DNA from: Botryllus schlosseri
Lineage: Eukaryota
Assembly (NCBI GenBank): GCA_051294905.1
Contig: CM119377.1
Location: 28,892,001-28,956,000, forward strand
Direction: 5' to 3'
Length of the DNA: 64,000 nucleotides
The first letter of the stretch is position 1. Each line of letters opens with the position of its first letter. A program made the translations under genes and the position numbers. The notes under the pieces are model-generated. The model saw nothing but the letters and a program-made list of their open reading frames with translations, was not told where the DNA came from and did not search any database. This document shows, piece after piece, positions 51,700-63,627 of the stretch.

Positions 51700-53610
51700 T
51701 GGCAATTCATTGAACTCGGAACCTAAATGTTTAAGTCTAATTTTGCAATATGTTTTGGAAATACATTTAGTTGGTATACAGCGTGATTGTCTTCAATTTA
51801 AATTTGAAATGTAATTTTTCATATCAGCGAGGAGAGGCTGCCAAAGATGCTGATAGGAAACGTTCAGTGGGGCTTTGTATCCTTTACCAAAGGGGTTACG
51901 TTACGGGAGTTAAAAATATCATGAAGGCGGTCAAAATTCCTGAGGAAAGCTACAGTAGCTTCACTGTCTTTGAATTTAGGAATTTTCAATACTTTATTGC
52001 AATAATCTATTGCATCAGCTACACGGCTGCTGATAGTTTGTGCAGTGCAGCCCATGCAAGTGCAACCTTCATCTTTTGTTGCTTCCAATCAACATGCGCA
52101 TTTTCAGCTTGTTGCTCAAATGTAGACCGTCCTCGGACTGCAATTTTGCTAGACTGACAATATATTCCCAGGAAATTCTACCACCATCTCCATCATGGAG
52201 TGCTCCGTAATCAGCAATCTAGTTCCTCACTAATTTGAGCATGTGGGCAGCATCAAGAAGGACATAAATTCTACTAGCGGGATTGCATGGATTCGGAAAG
52301 CTAGGAACCATGTTACTAGTTGATAAAGTCGGTGAGCGTTACCAACATGGCGAAGTGACATGATAGACCATTACAGGTCGAGGATGCCACTGTAATGCCA
52401 GTCTCGCTCAGGCTCTTGATACACAGATTAACCGAATCCGCTCGCTCTGAGCCGTTGAGTCCTGCAATGATAAAGTACCCCAATGGAATCTTCCATGAAC
52501 CATTCACACATACTGCCATAAAAACGAGTACATCTTTGACCTGTGGAGCAAAGTCGTCGTCTGTATAATTTGTTCCCGAATCAACGAAACCGCGGAATTT
52601 CTTCCCATCAAATTGCCATTTCGTCTAACATAAGAGAACAGACCAGTTGGTTAGGAGATGCGAGTACTTTTTCCTTTATGGCTTTAAAGAAATAGCCGTG
52701 AATCCTGGTTCTGTCGGGAGTCTGGTGTACCAATGCCCGATAGCACTGGGGTGCGGAAGGGCAAGATTCAACGACTTCCGGACAAAATTATATACCGTAA
52801 TTTGTGACACTGTACACGACCTCCAAACATGCAGCAGAGAGACAGACGTATAGAACAATAAACGATCTGGAGCAATATGGAAGAAGATAATATATTGAAG
52901 AAGAGAATATATTGAATTGAAGGGAATACCCGCTACCACGAGACAGAGTCTATCGAAGACCATGTCATGTCAGTTGCCAAGAAAGTAGATGTGATAGTCA
53001 CAAAGCATGACATCGTGTTTGTCATAGACTAGCTCAACCATGATTTCAATATCCAAGTTTTTTAATTGGAATAATGATTACTTTGCACTATCAACTATAG
53101 AGTATACTTCTTTCAATAACGGGTGAATCACTATATATTCAGCTATCCCCTTCTCCAAATTGTTGAAATGTCAGAACAAGATGCCGTTACTGATGACTCG
53201 TACGGTTTATTCTTTTGCAACAGCGTTTGACACTGATGTCTCTTCTGCAACCTCTGTCATTGCAGAACAGATGAGGCCGCCTTTGCTGTAGGACCTCATA
53301 GCAGCAAATGTACATTCAGCAAATTTACAATGTACATAATTTTCCTTAAAACACAACATTCATTGGGGAACTGATTTACTGCAGGGGAAGCAGGATAAAT
53401 CATGTTGGTGAAATGATATTCTGCAGACAACTTTTCCAGGAGAGGACCAGGCATCCATACCTCTTCTTCGTAAACGGAACCCATCCTCCCACTAACTTGA
53501 TGTTCCCAATTGTTACATCTTGTGAGATCAAATGACCGTCATCCAAATGACCGTCATCCTATCCAAAGACTCGAAAAATGGTATCCACAGCTATCCTGCT
53601 AGGCGCTCAG
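51700..53610 (-). pseudogene. THAP9-like P transposase relic P#3
   Basis: THAP remnant at about 53600-53350; LALPHPSAIGHWY; VLVFMAVCVNGSWKIPLGYF; DAAHMLKLVRN; AQTISSRVADAI; FDRLHDIFNSRN; GYKAPL. Candidate terminus ...GACCTCATG at 53668. Confidence 0.88.
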
Positions 53611-53994
53611 CAATCACGGATAGCATGGAGGAGAAAAAAAACGGGGGCGCAGACTAGATGACCTCATGGGGCCGTATCGCAACTCCGTCGCCAAAGCATC
53701 TCGATAATGCAGGCGAGAAAGAATATCATATCTCTCTCTCTCTCTCTTACACAATGACGCATATAACACTCGCCATATCATACGACTCTCGGAAAATTAA
53801 CAGCAATGTACCGGTAATACTGCCAACTGCCATCACGAGAAATAGCATCATTTTCGTCAGCCAACAGCTATTTGATATCTATATGGGTGATTTGTATTGA
53901 TATGGATACATTCTCCATCCTCGTTGTACGCCAAGAGACGACATTTGGTCCATGTTTTGTCCATTCTCATAGTAAAGCATATATAACTATAGAG

Positions 53995-55035
53995 CATGGG
54001 TCACCAACCTGGTGCCCGCGAGGACTAGATGGGTAGCCCGCGAGCCCATTCTAAAAATAGGTGGAATAGCAGCATTTACCAATATTCGTCAGATTTTGCC
54101 AGTGAGCTTTTAAATATATAGATTGGTTGATTCAGCTATTCTTGTTTAAAACACACTAACATGTAACTTGCATATATAAACACTTCAAAATATCTTCAAT
54201 TACAATTAGTAATATATAGATGTATGTGATAGAATCACCAGAAATTAAAGACACGGCGCATTGCCTATACAGGCGACATGACGGAATGCCGTCCACGGTC
54301 TTCTTGAAATGGTGAGGGGTTCCATTACGATAGCTCGACGACCAGGACAATGCCAAAGTAGTGAACAATATTACTATTCGCAGTCAGATGGCCGTGAAGT
54401 ACTAGCAGATTTTCAATATCTGTATACCCAATACGTATTGCATCTTTTGGCACAGCTTGTTTCTGTTACTCAACTCAGTACACTCAACTCAGTTTATTAT
54501 ACCATGTTTCTAACTTTCTGTAATCGTTGCTGCTGTCCGGTATCATGAAATCTTGTCATTTCTGGATGCTGAACAGTAAGAGATTGAAATTGTAACACTG
54601 CAAAATTACCCCCACCTCACTCTGCAGCAAATATTTGGTGCATTGTTGACACGGTAAAGTACAGTGGTGTATGCGCAGCAGCTATGAAGGTTGCAAGCGT
54701 CTATGGTTCAACTTATCGTTGTGAATCAGCCTTTTCGGACATGAAATTCATCAAAAACAAACACAAAACACGCTAAATTATTGCACATGTGGAACACTCA
54801 CTCAGAATTGCAGTGTCAAGTTACATACCAGAGCGCTAGTTGATATCATACAATGCCAGGCTTCCCACTGACTGCTATAGAAACAAATAACATGATGTCC
54901 AGTCCTGCCCAGTGCTATGAATATCAAAGCGGAAATTCAGAGTGGTACGGGTAAACGGTGGGAGTAAATAGTAGCCCGCCGCTTCTATCATTACGCAAAA
55001 GTAGCCCTCGGTTGCAAAAAGGTTGGTGACCCCTG
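53995..55035 (+). mobile_element. Internally deleted Buster/Charlie hAT element
   Basis: TIR CA(T/G)GGGTCACCAACC; perfect TSD CTATAGAG; C-terminal remnant YGSTYRCESAFSDMKFIKNKH at about 54690-54780. Confidence 0.93.
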
Positions 55036-55899
55036 CTATAGAGTATGACTGGAGTGACGACTCAGTCCATTCTCATAGTAAAGCATATAACTAAAGAGTA
55101 TGATTTGAGTGACGACTCGATTGTTCTCCCATTGTTAGCCGGCAGAATGGTCACGGTCAGATGACTACGCCCAAAGCAGGATAGCTCAGTGCTTCTTTCA
55201 ATGGCGTTCAAGGCGATTCGTCGTGTATTTCTCGAAGTTGCGTCGGATTTAGTTAAACAGTTCAACATTTAGGTACCGGTGGCGAGTCGTTATGACGAGT
55301 GAATAATACCGTGTAGCCTATGTTACAATTCTTACGAGATTGATGTGATATAGTGGCTTTGATCCTTTATATTGATATACGTAGCAAACTCTACAATGAC
55401 AGAAGGTATAGAATATCTGGTTCGTGTGCATTGGCTATGTGAGATGAATTCATGGAAAGAAAGACTGAAGAATACTACAAAGTGAACAAGTGGAAAGATC
55501 TTGAACTATATCGATATGCAATATCGTTGATTGAAAATTTGTCCTATATTAACTGCAGAAACTCGAGTATGAATATAACAAATAATATTGCAACTGTCTT
55601 TTAGTCTTATATAATGCCTGTCCGATAAGCGCAGAAACTTGAGCATGTAATGTTAATGTTCTGCTTGAGCTCGACTCACAATAGCCAGAGCTTACTCCTT
55701 GGAAGTGTGAAAAATCGCACTTGAAGGGAACTCGTTGTCATTGCCAAGAATACAGGAAGACGTCTGCCGGTCGACATTAGTAGTAGCCAATGCACCACGA
55801 CAAGGTTTCGACCAACGCATTGGTTTCCTTTTTTAGGTAGGGAACCTCAATGTGGATAGGCAGCATTTGCCACAGAGAGAAAAACTACCATACTATTAC

Positions 55900-57143
55900 T
55901 ACCAAAAACTACATTCGCTTCATTTGCTGCATCTTTTCTTGGTCATTGGTTCCTGACAGACTTTTGTCCAAGAATTTTTGATCAACATAGGCATAGGTTG
56001 TATTCGCACCTTTCACTCTTTTTATAGCCTTACGCTGACATAAAGCATTTACTGAGTAACTGACTTGGCTAATATCTGGATTCCTGCTGTATCTCATCGA
56101 AGACCGCTGTTAAAAAGGCAGTCACGAATTCATTAGTGAATAATATTAATGAATGTTAATTACTGAAGTTACCAAAGATCCAAATGCTGCTTCCAGAACA
56201 TCTTGTGTTAGGACTCTGAAAGATACTGATTCCATGCCACGATTCAAAAGCCGAATTGCTAGCTTGACCATGTCCTTCGTGGCAAACATCAATCCATGCA
56301 ATGTAGGCCTTGCCATAAGACGCTTCTCATCTCCTTTTCTGCTCCACTTCCCGCTTAAAATGGATTAATAAAGTGTTAGCAACAATAAAGCAAAATACAT
56401 TTACAGTCATACCCTCCAGTCATCCAGATATTTCATGAATTGATCTTGTAGCAATGACAATCTTTCATCAGTTGTGCTTTTGATGTCGGTTGCTGTCATG
56501 ATTTTGAACCACTTATCAAAAAGAAGAACAAATTCAGCAGTCCCTTCCGAATTTGGCACTTCATATTCAAGGGATTTTCCGACTTCGTGGCTCAAAACCT
56601 CTTTTGCCAAATTATACTCTCATCTTCAATGAAGATACAATTAGAATATGCAATGGACCAGGACCAATGACAGTTCTCAGACCTTGCTGTATGAATCTAA
56701 TTCAATGTGGGTACGGGTGATTTTATTGGGTGTGTGCAGTGGTTGGTCCATGTTTTTTTTACACAATTCCCTGATGTGAGTCCAAAGTATGTCCTTGCCC
56801 GATTTGCATACATACTTCGTACCAGCAGAGTTGGACGAATAAAATGAATTTCTCGCCGTCTTTAATAAATCACAAAAACGATTGAAGCAATAGTTACAAT
56901 CAATTGTAACTATACCTTCAACAGATGACTTGTGTCGGAACAAATGAAATTTCCTCATGAAGATTGGTAGGATGTGGCGCAGTGTAGTTGAGATAGTTTG
57001 GACGAATCGCACACGACGAATCGCCTTGAACGCCATTGAAACAAGCACTGAGCTATCCTGTTTTGGGTGCAGCCATCTGACCGAGACCATTCTGCCGGCT
57101 AACAATGGGAAACAATCGAGTCGTCACTCCAGTCATACTCTAT
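55900..57143 (-). pseudogene. P-type transposase relic P#4 (related to P#1)
   Basis: DLLKTARNSFYSS, SGKDILWTHI, ELDSYSK, LAKEVLSHEVGKSL, GTAEFVLLFDKWF; a diverged inverted copy of its 5' part lies at 55036-55230. Confidence 0.82.
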
Positions 57144-58254
57144 AAAAAAAGATTTGGGTTGAGTTACCTTTGTCGCCACCACGTGTTCAAAATGATGTGG
57201 AACAGCCCCATTAGATCATCTAGTGACATGACAGAGACCTTAGGCTAATTCACGGCTCATGACCCAAAAAGGAAAGAGAGTTATCAGTCATTTGAATTAC
57301 AGAGACATTAGGACTCTTTTTTCATCAACAAATAACAACAGGGTATATCCAAGCATGAAGTGAGGAATCCATCAGATTCCTACCTAGATCTAGGAAGCAC
57401 AGGTGTCCAGAGTTGCAAATTTTTCGAAAAAAATACCGGTAGGGTATTTGACAGCGCGGTATTTTGCAGCGGTGTAACACACGGTATACATCAGTGTTAC
57501 AAATATGGATTGGGAATTAAGGCTGATAAAACACTGAATAAATCGGTAATTTATCACAATTCTAGCCTGCGGACCGCGTAGAGTTGCGTTTTGACAAACA
57601 ATCGGACGAAACAAAGACAATTGACAGCCAAATTTTCTATTGTCTGGCAGCATTATCTAAACCGGTAGTTACAGCGGTCGTGGACGCGACGCATCAAAAG
57701 CGGTTGCCACATTTACACAAGAACAAGTGTATGCAAACTAAATAGCGCTGTGAAACAGTATATAGAGCACCGCGTTAGAACACTACAACACAAAAGAGCT
57801 GTGTGCTTAAATCATTACAAAAAAAACTGTCCTCGAAGAAAAAAAAGCAATATGTATAAATATACCACGCATGGAACAAGAGGTGTTGAATTTGATTCTC
57901 ACTCAAAAGGATTTAAAACGGATCAAACAGCAGATATTCCAAATATCACAAGACACGTTCAGTATTACGGTACGGGAACAGGGACACCGAGATCAAATAT
58001 TAAACGATCTACAAGACATAAATCACAACGGAAAGAAATATAGAACACGGAAGCTGAAAGCACCGCTTACACACATCAGTGTGAGAGCGGTCCCGGCGGA
58101 AACAACAAATGAAAATTTGGCAAAAATAATGGAAACATGGGGAGCAGGCAGGGTTGTAACCAAGTCACAAGGCCCCGAGTTACAAGTAAATCTCACTTTT
58201 AGGGTTTTGACTGGAGTGAAAATTTGGCAAAAATAATGGAAACATGGGAACAGG

Positions 58255-58783
58255 CAGGGTTGTAACCAAGTCACAAGTAAATCTCACTTGACTGGAGTCA
58301 AGTCGAGTCATTTTCAATCCACCACCGAATCAAGTCCGAGTCCAAGTCAGCGAGCAGAGCGTCGAATACAAGTCATGGTATAATGACTCGAGTCCAAGTG
58401 GGTATTATGACTCGAGTCCAAGTGATTTTGCTAACTGCTCAGTTTCCAGCTAAATTCTTGTTAAACCCCTTTATATAACTCTGGTGATATCGAATGGTTA
58501 GCATTTATAATATACTAATTTTCCTCGTTTTTGGCAGTTTCTGGCCGCATTTTCAAGTGCCAGTACCAATAGACGAAATCCCAATAGTGTGGTTACATTA
58601 CTATTCTTCGAAATCACGATGAAATGTCGGTATTTGCCGTCTCAGTCTTCGAGTCATATGACTTGGTCCGAGTCATGCGCAATGACTCGACAATACACGA
58701 ATTGACTCGAAGCGAGTCGAGTCATTTTCGTATTTTGAGAAAATGACGCAAGTCGAGTCATGACTCGAGTCATTACAACCCTG
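58255..58783. mobile_element. CAGGGTTGTAA-family MITE in LINE ORF1
   Basis: TIR CAGGGTTGTAA/TTACAACCCTG; TSD GGA(A/G)CAGG; removal restores IMETWGAG|KMMRITRG. Confidence 0.92.
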
Positions 58784-59159
58784 GGAGCAGGAAAAATGAT
58801 GCGGATAACAAGAGGTTATCACAGAGAAACCAATTTCGAGAACGGTTGGAGACATCTCTCTTTTGAAGACTATATAGACGGAATCCTTCCGCAATTTATC
58901 ATAAATGGAGCAAGATGTAAAATCTTCTTCCCAACCACCCCACAAAGCACAAATAGAATATGCTACGCTATGGCTGCAAAATGCACGCAAAAGAGTTGCG
59001 GATTCTGCAAATCCAAAGAGCATAATGTGGCGGATTGTCCAGAAAGAAACAAGGAATATCCGCCCTTGACAAAGGAAAAAACAGGAGATCAAGCAGAGAT
59101 GAGCATTTTTGAGGAGATAGAAAGCCCCCGACATATGACGGCAATTGGACCCTGTACAA

Positions 59160-60350
59160 GATACAGATCAAATGTGCATTGCAGCATTATCAGAACAATC
59201 TATATCAACCATCTGCGGTCCAGATGAAGGGCATGAGGCATTCAAAAGTGTATGTTGCGAGCTGCGGAGAGAAGTGGTCTGCCTTCATGTGAAAACGGAC
59301 AAACTAGGGTCCCCTTAAACGGAAACGTCACCCGACCAAATAATTTTTGGACAGATCTGATGGAAACCTTTTACTCTGTCTGGTATGTTATGCACGAAAT
59401 ATACATGAGAAATTGTTTTATACTTCGGATACGAAGGCAGACACCAAATGTGCAGATACCTATGCCAATGCAAGTAATTCCATCATCTAGTGTTGAGATT
59501 GATCCCAGCGTAGAAACTGGCGACCAGCTGCAGGGATCTACCCCAGGCAGTAAGTTGTTAGCACAATGATTCATTCTCAATTTTGAGTACTGCTGTATTT
59601 AAGATGTCACTTCATTTAAAAGCATTCTTGATTTGCAAGATTCAAACCATCAAGAATCTGACCTTGTACCGAGTAACGGTAAGTTTACCGCACATTCTGG
59701 ACAAAATGGCTTTCTTCTAACCAAATCCGTTTTTAGCTGCTTATTGTACATCCACCCCAGCTAAGCTGTGCAATGTCGCATCATCAAGTTCGTCCGTGGA
59801 CAGCTGCAAAGTCTCCTTGCTCAAAGACAGTAAGTTGCAGCTGAGACAGACGCAGTTGCAGCTGAACCAAATGATGGATATCATGAAAGGTCAACAAGAT
59901 AACAATAACACAAAAAGACATCACAGCCCAGTAATATTGGAAGACGTCATCGAAAATCCGTGCGATACCTTGTTGCAACTGGAATGTCTAGAAGACGATT
60001 TAAACAGCGGCGAATACAAAAAGTCTGAACAGGTATGTTTTTGTTACTTATTTCAATGAACAGGTATGGTTTTGTTACTTATTTCAATGAAGTGCTTGAT
60101 GGTCGAGTTTGTGGGTGACTACAGGCTTCAAGCGAGTATGTGGTGATTGTCTGCCTGCACTTTACAATTCATATTCGATTGACTGATTAGAGCCAACATG
60201 AGAGGCATGACCCCTTATAGGACCATGATGCTTTTCAAGGTGCCCCCTTCTAAACCTAGGAACCCCTCGATTAGGGCTAAGTTTCCTCAACTCTGTAACC
60301 TCTTGACATAATTCAAGTTTCCTTGACATAATTCAAGTTTCCTTCACGTA
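59160..60350 (+). pseudogene. Intron-containing gene fragment inserted in LINE ORF1, resembling CACTA/EnSpm accessory (DUF4806-like) ORFs
   Basis: Several GTATGT/GTAAGT donors; exon with LQLNQMMDIMK...ENPCDTLLQLECLEDDL; no termini identified. Confidence 0.35.
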
Positions 60351-60355
60351 GTTAA

Positions 60356-60570
60356 AGGGACACTGGACTCTGAAAATGATGTGGTCTCAAATTGAATGCA
60401 AAACGAAACGAAAATTATAGTCGCAGCTTTTGTCTTCAGAACGCCACAGCAATGGAGCTGCAATTTCGATAGCAACTTCACGCTCCAGCAGTCACGCAGC
60501 GATCGAAATTTATATCGTTGTCAGCCGATGTTATGAAGGAAAAATCATATTTAGAGTGCAGATTTTTTCA
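60356..60570. mobile_element. Kolobok-type MITE
   Basis: TTAA then AGGGACACTGGACTCTGAAAATGATGTGGTCTCAAATTGAA; same family as 1-99; right end degenerate. Confidence 0.6.
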
Positions 60571-63245
60571 ACCTAAGATCGCCACCAACACCTGGTAACA
60601 GTGACCTCCATAACACCATAATAGAAAAACAAGACGAAGAAGATAAGAGCAGTGAGAACAGGACAGAAGAGGAATTAGCAGTGATCACAACCAGCGAGGA
60701 AGACTCACAACAAACCTCGAAAGAAAATAAAAACGAAGATAAACAGAAAAAACTTGAAACAATCGAAAGCCGAACGGGCAAAACTGCGACAATAAAAAAA
60801 GTCTTCGAAGCAAGTCGCTTCACAGAAGAAGAATTCTTCAACGCAAAGTCATATTCGCCGAATAAACGAACTAATGACGATCGCAGTCCATCGATGATAG
60901 CAGAGCAACGGGCCAGAAGAAAACTTCTGAAACCCGACATTGAATCCACAAGCAACATCAAAGGGTAAAACGAAACCAACCCCCATCCCAAATCAAAAAT
61001 GGCTCTTGATATAATGACATTAAACATAAATGGAATAAGGCACATTGGCAACAGCGAAAAAACTTGATAAAAACTACAAAAGATTGGAATATAATGGATA
61101 CACTGCCAGAATTTTTCAACCGCAGAAAACAATAGTCAGGGAAATCGAAAGGATGTTTTTCAGATTCCTATTAGACCCTGAGAAAATGGAAACGATCAGT
61201 CGCAAAACACTGATAAAATCCAAGAATGAAGGAGGACTGGATGTCCCCTACCCAAGTTCTAAAATAACCGCCTCTGATTTAATGAAAATCAACAGGCTGG
61301 TGAAAATAAAAAGACCGAACGAACTTTGGGAGAATGAAGCAATATATCAAATAAGCACAAAAATAAAAAGATTCAATGAAGGAATCTATTCAAACAGTAC
61401 CCCACATGCAGACAAGCCAGCAAAAGATTGGGAAAAGCTGTTAGAATCACAACAGAGAATGAACTGGAATCAAGAAAAATGGGAAGAAGCAAATTTCAAA
61501 ATGATATACAAAGAAGTGAACAAACAATTCGAGAATGCAACAGAAGAGAAAGATAAGAATATATGGTACAAAGTCAACAACACTTACAGAAATGCGGAAC
61601 CGAAACTAACAAACAAAGAAAAAGTCAACAACTACAGAATTGCGATGAATGCATATAACTTTGGAGAAAGAAAGGAGAAGAGAAACCTCTTGACGCCAGG
61701 TCAGGCGAAAAGAGAGAAGTACGAATGCAAATTTTGCAGACATGCGACAGATAATGTCAAGCATGTTTTTGCAAAATGCCAGGTGTCGACTCGGGTTCTA
61801 CGCAAGGTTGCAAGAATACTGAAAATAGGTAAACGGAAAGAAGAACAGATCCTTCAAAATAAAGACAACGGAAGCAGCCTAAAACTGCTGATGATCATAA
61901 TCTTCAAAAGAAAAATATTAAAAACAAAACAAAATAACTGGATATCGAAAACGATTGGCAGAGGGAAACAAAAAGCTGGACACTAAACATGACGAAGAAA
62001 ACCAAAAAAAGAATTCAAACAGGAGAGATGATCTCGTTGAAGGAAGGGGCCGACGAATGGATGACATGCATCCAGGATCAACTTGATGGAAGCGAAGTCG
62101 GACCCAAGTCCGATAGAGAAAACGAGACGAGAGTTGGAAATGAACCTGACGACGACGGCCTGGCTGGAGATGAATCCGACGATGAGGAATCTGAAGGAGA
62201 CGATTCGGCCGATGATGAGTCTGATGCGGACGAACCGGATGATGATGATGGAGAGGACGATGAAACTGAAGCAGGAGCGAACCTGCGAAGAGATGAAATT
62301 ATATAGTGCCGATGATATTTTATTGTCATTTCACAACTGCATATATAATCATGTATATTTGAAATATCTTGTATTGCAATAAGTCATATTAGAAATAAAC
62401 GCCCCCGTCGGGCTCATACAAAAAGAATAAGCAGATTGGGGTATTTGGTTGTATTAAGGTAAGCATCGGAGTATTTGGAGTATTGGAGTATTTGGTTGTA
62501 TTAAGGTAGCAACCGGCGTAAGTATACTAACGGCTATTTCAGATTCAAGGAGCGTACCGGAGCCGATGAGGCATTAGCTACTTACCGTAAACCTCAGTTT
62601 TAACCTAGCGATTTAAGTAGGCTACTTCTTCCTTCCTTCTTTTCGTCAACGTTCGGACTACATTTTCGAGTCTCCTTCAGACTCAATCCTTCTACCTCTC
62701 CAGGACTCGACTCCTCTTCGTGGGTCGAGTCTTGACTCTCTCTCTTGAGTCAGGACAGGACTCGATGAGTCTTTTCTTTGGAGACTTGACTCTCTCTGGA
62801 GTCAAGCCTCCACTTTCTCCTTTCTCTCGCGCCTCTCCCTTGAGACGACGAGAGACTTTAACCATAGTGTCCTATATGGTGTCGACACAAGCAAATCGCA
62901 CGGTTCAATGAAATTGTATCACGTCACAGTTTCCATTTGGCTACAGGCAATTTGACGGTGATTTTTGACCGACTTTCCGAGCATTAAATTTGATGAATCG
63001 GGTATCAATCGAAAGCTGACGCTGTACTGCTTGCGAAAATATAAATTTTATTCCACTCATGGCCCTGGAACCCCCACAATCTGCCCCAAATTATTCATTG
63101 TCGAGTAGATTGGCAGTGTGACGCAACAATGATGTCTGGCGAAACGAGAGACTAGCTCAAGAGCAAGGATGCGGCCGAGCGGCGAGAGTGGGATCAGCTG
63201 ACGTCGCCGCAATAGCAATGTGCAACCGCGCCACAGAGAAACGCT

Positions 63246-63627
63246 GCGCTGTTGATACTTTTTCTATGCGTTTCGCTAAAAGCGAGCACACACCAGCCTT
63301 TCCTTGACTTGTAAGGGTAGAACTGGGTCCACGGAATGTATTAGGGCCCTACCAATTTTCGCGCAATATCCTTGAGCTGATAGAGATATGTAGGCTACGT
63401 CTAAGTAGTCTACATTGGATATGTCAGATTATTATGATATCGATTGCCTTAGCCCGCTTGTTGCGTAGGGCTCCAGAGATGCGTGGCGCTGTTGATACTT
63501 TTTCTATGCGCTTCGCTAAAAGCGAGCACACACCAGCCTTTCCTTGACTTGTAATGGTAGAACTGGGTCCACGGAATGTATTTGGTCCCTACCAATTTTC
63601 GCGCAATCCTTCAGCTGTTAGAGATAT
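63246..63627. repeat. Direct repeat pair of about 142 bp, period 240 bp
   Basis: 63246-63389 and 63486-63627 are both GCGCTGTTGATACTTTTTCTATGCG...GAGATAT, about 93% identical by eye. Confidence 0.85.

Larger units (their letters stand above)
57650..62400 (+). mobile_element. Second L1/Tx1-clade LINE with EN/RT deleted
   Basis: ORF1 RRM-like region plus a CGFCKSKEHNVADC knuckle. ORF2 starts MALDIMTLNINGI (60999), then jumps to the post-RT region (KNEGGLDVP) and CKFC...HVFAKC. AATAAA at about 62394. 5' boundary approximate. Confidence 0.88.

Noticed and set aside
51700-53610. Domesticated host THAP9 gene
   Set aside because: Multiple stops and frameshifts plus a candidate P-like terminus at 53668 indicate a dead transposon; no gene symbol assigned.
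61989-62306. Independent host acidic protein (nucleoplasmin or prothymosin-like)
   Set aside because: Contiguous with LINE ORF2 and upstream of its polyA signal; treated as part of the LINE.
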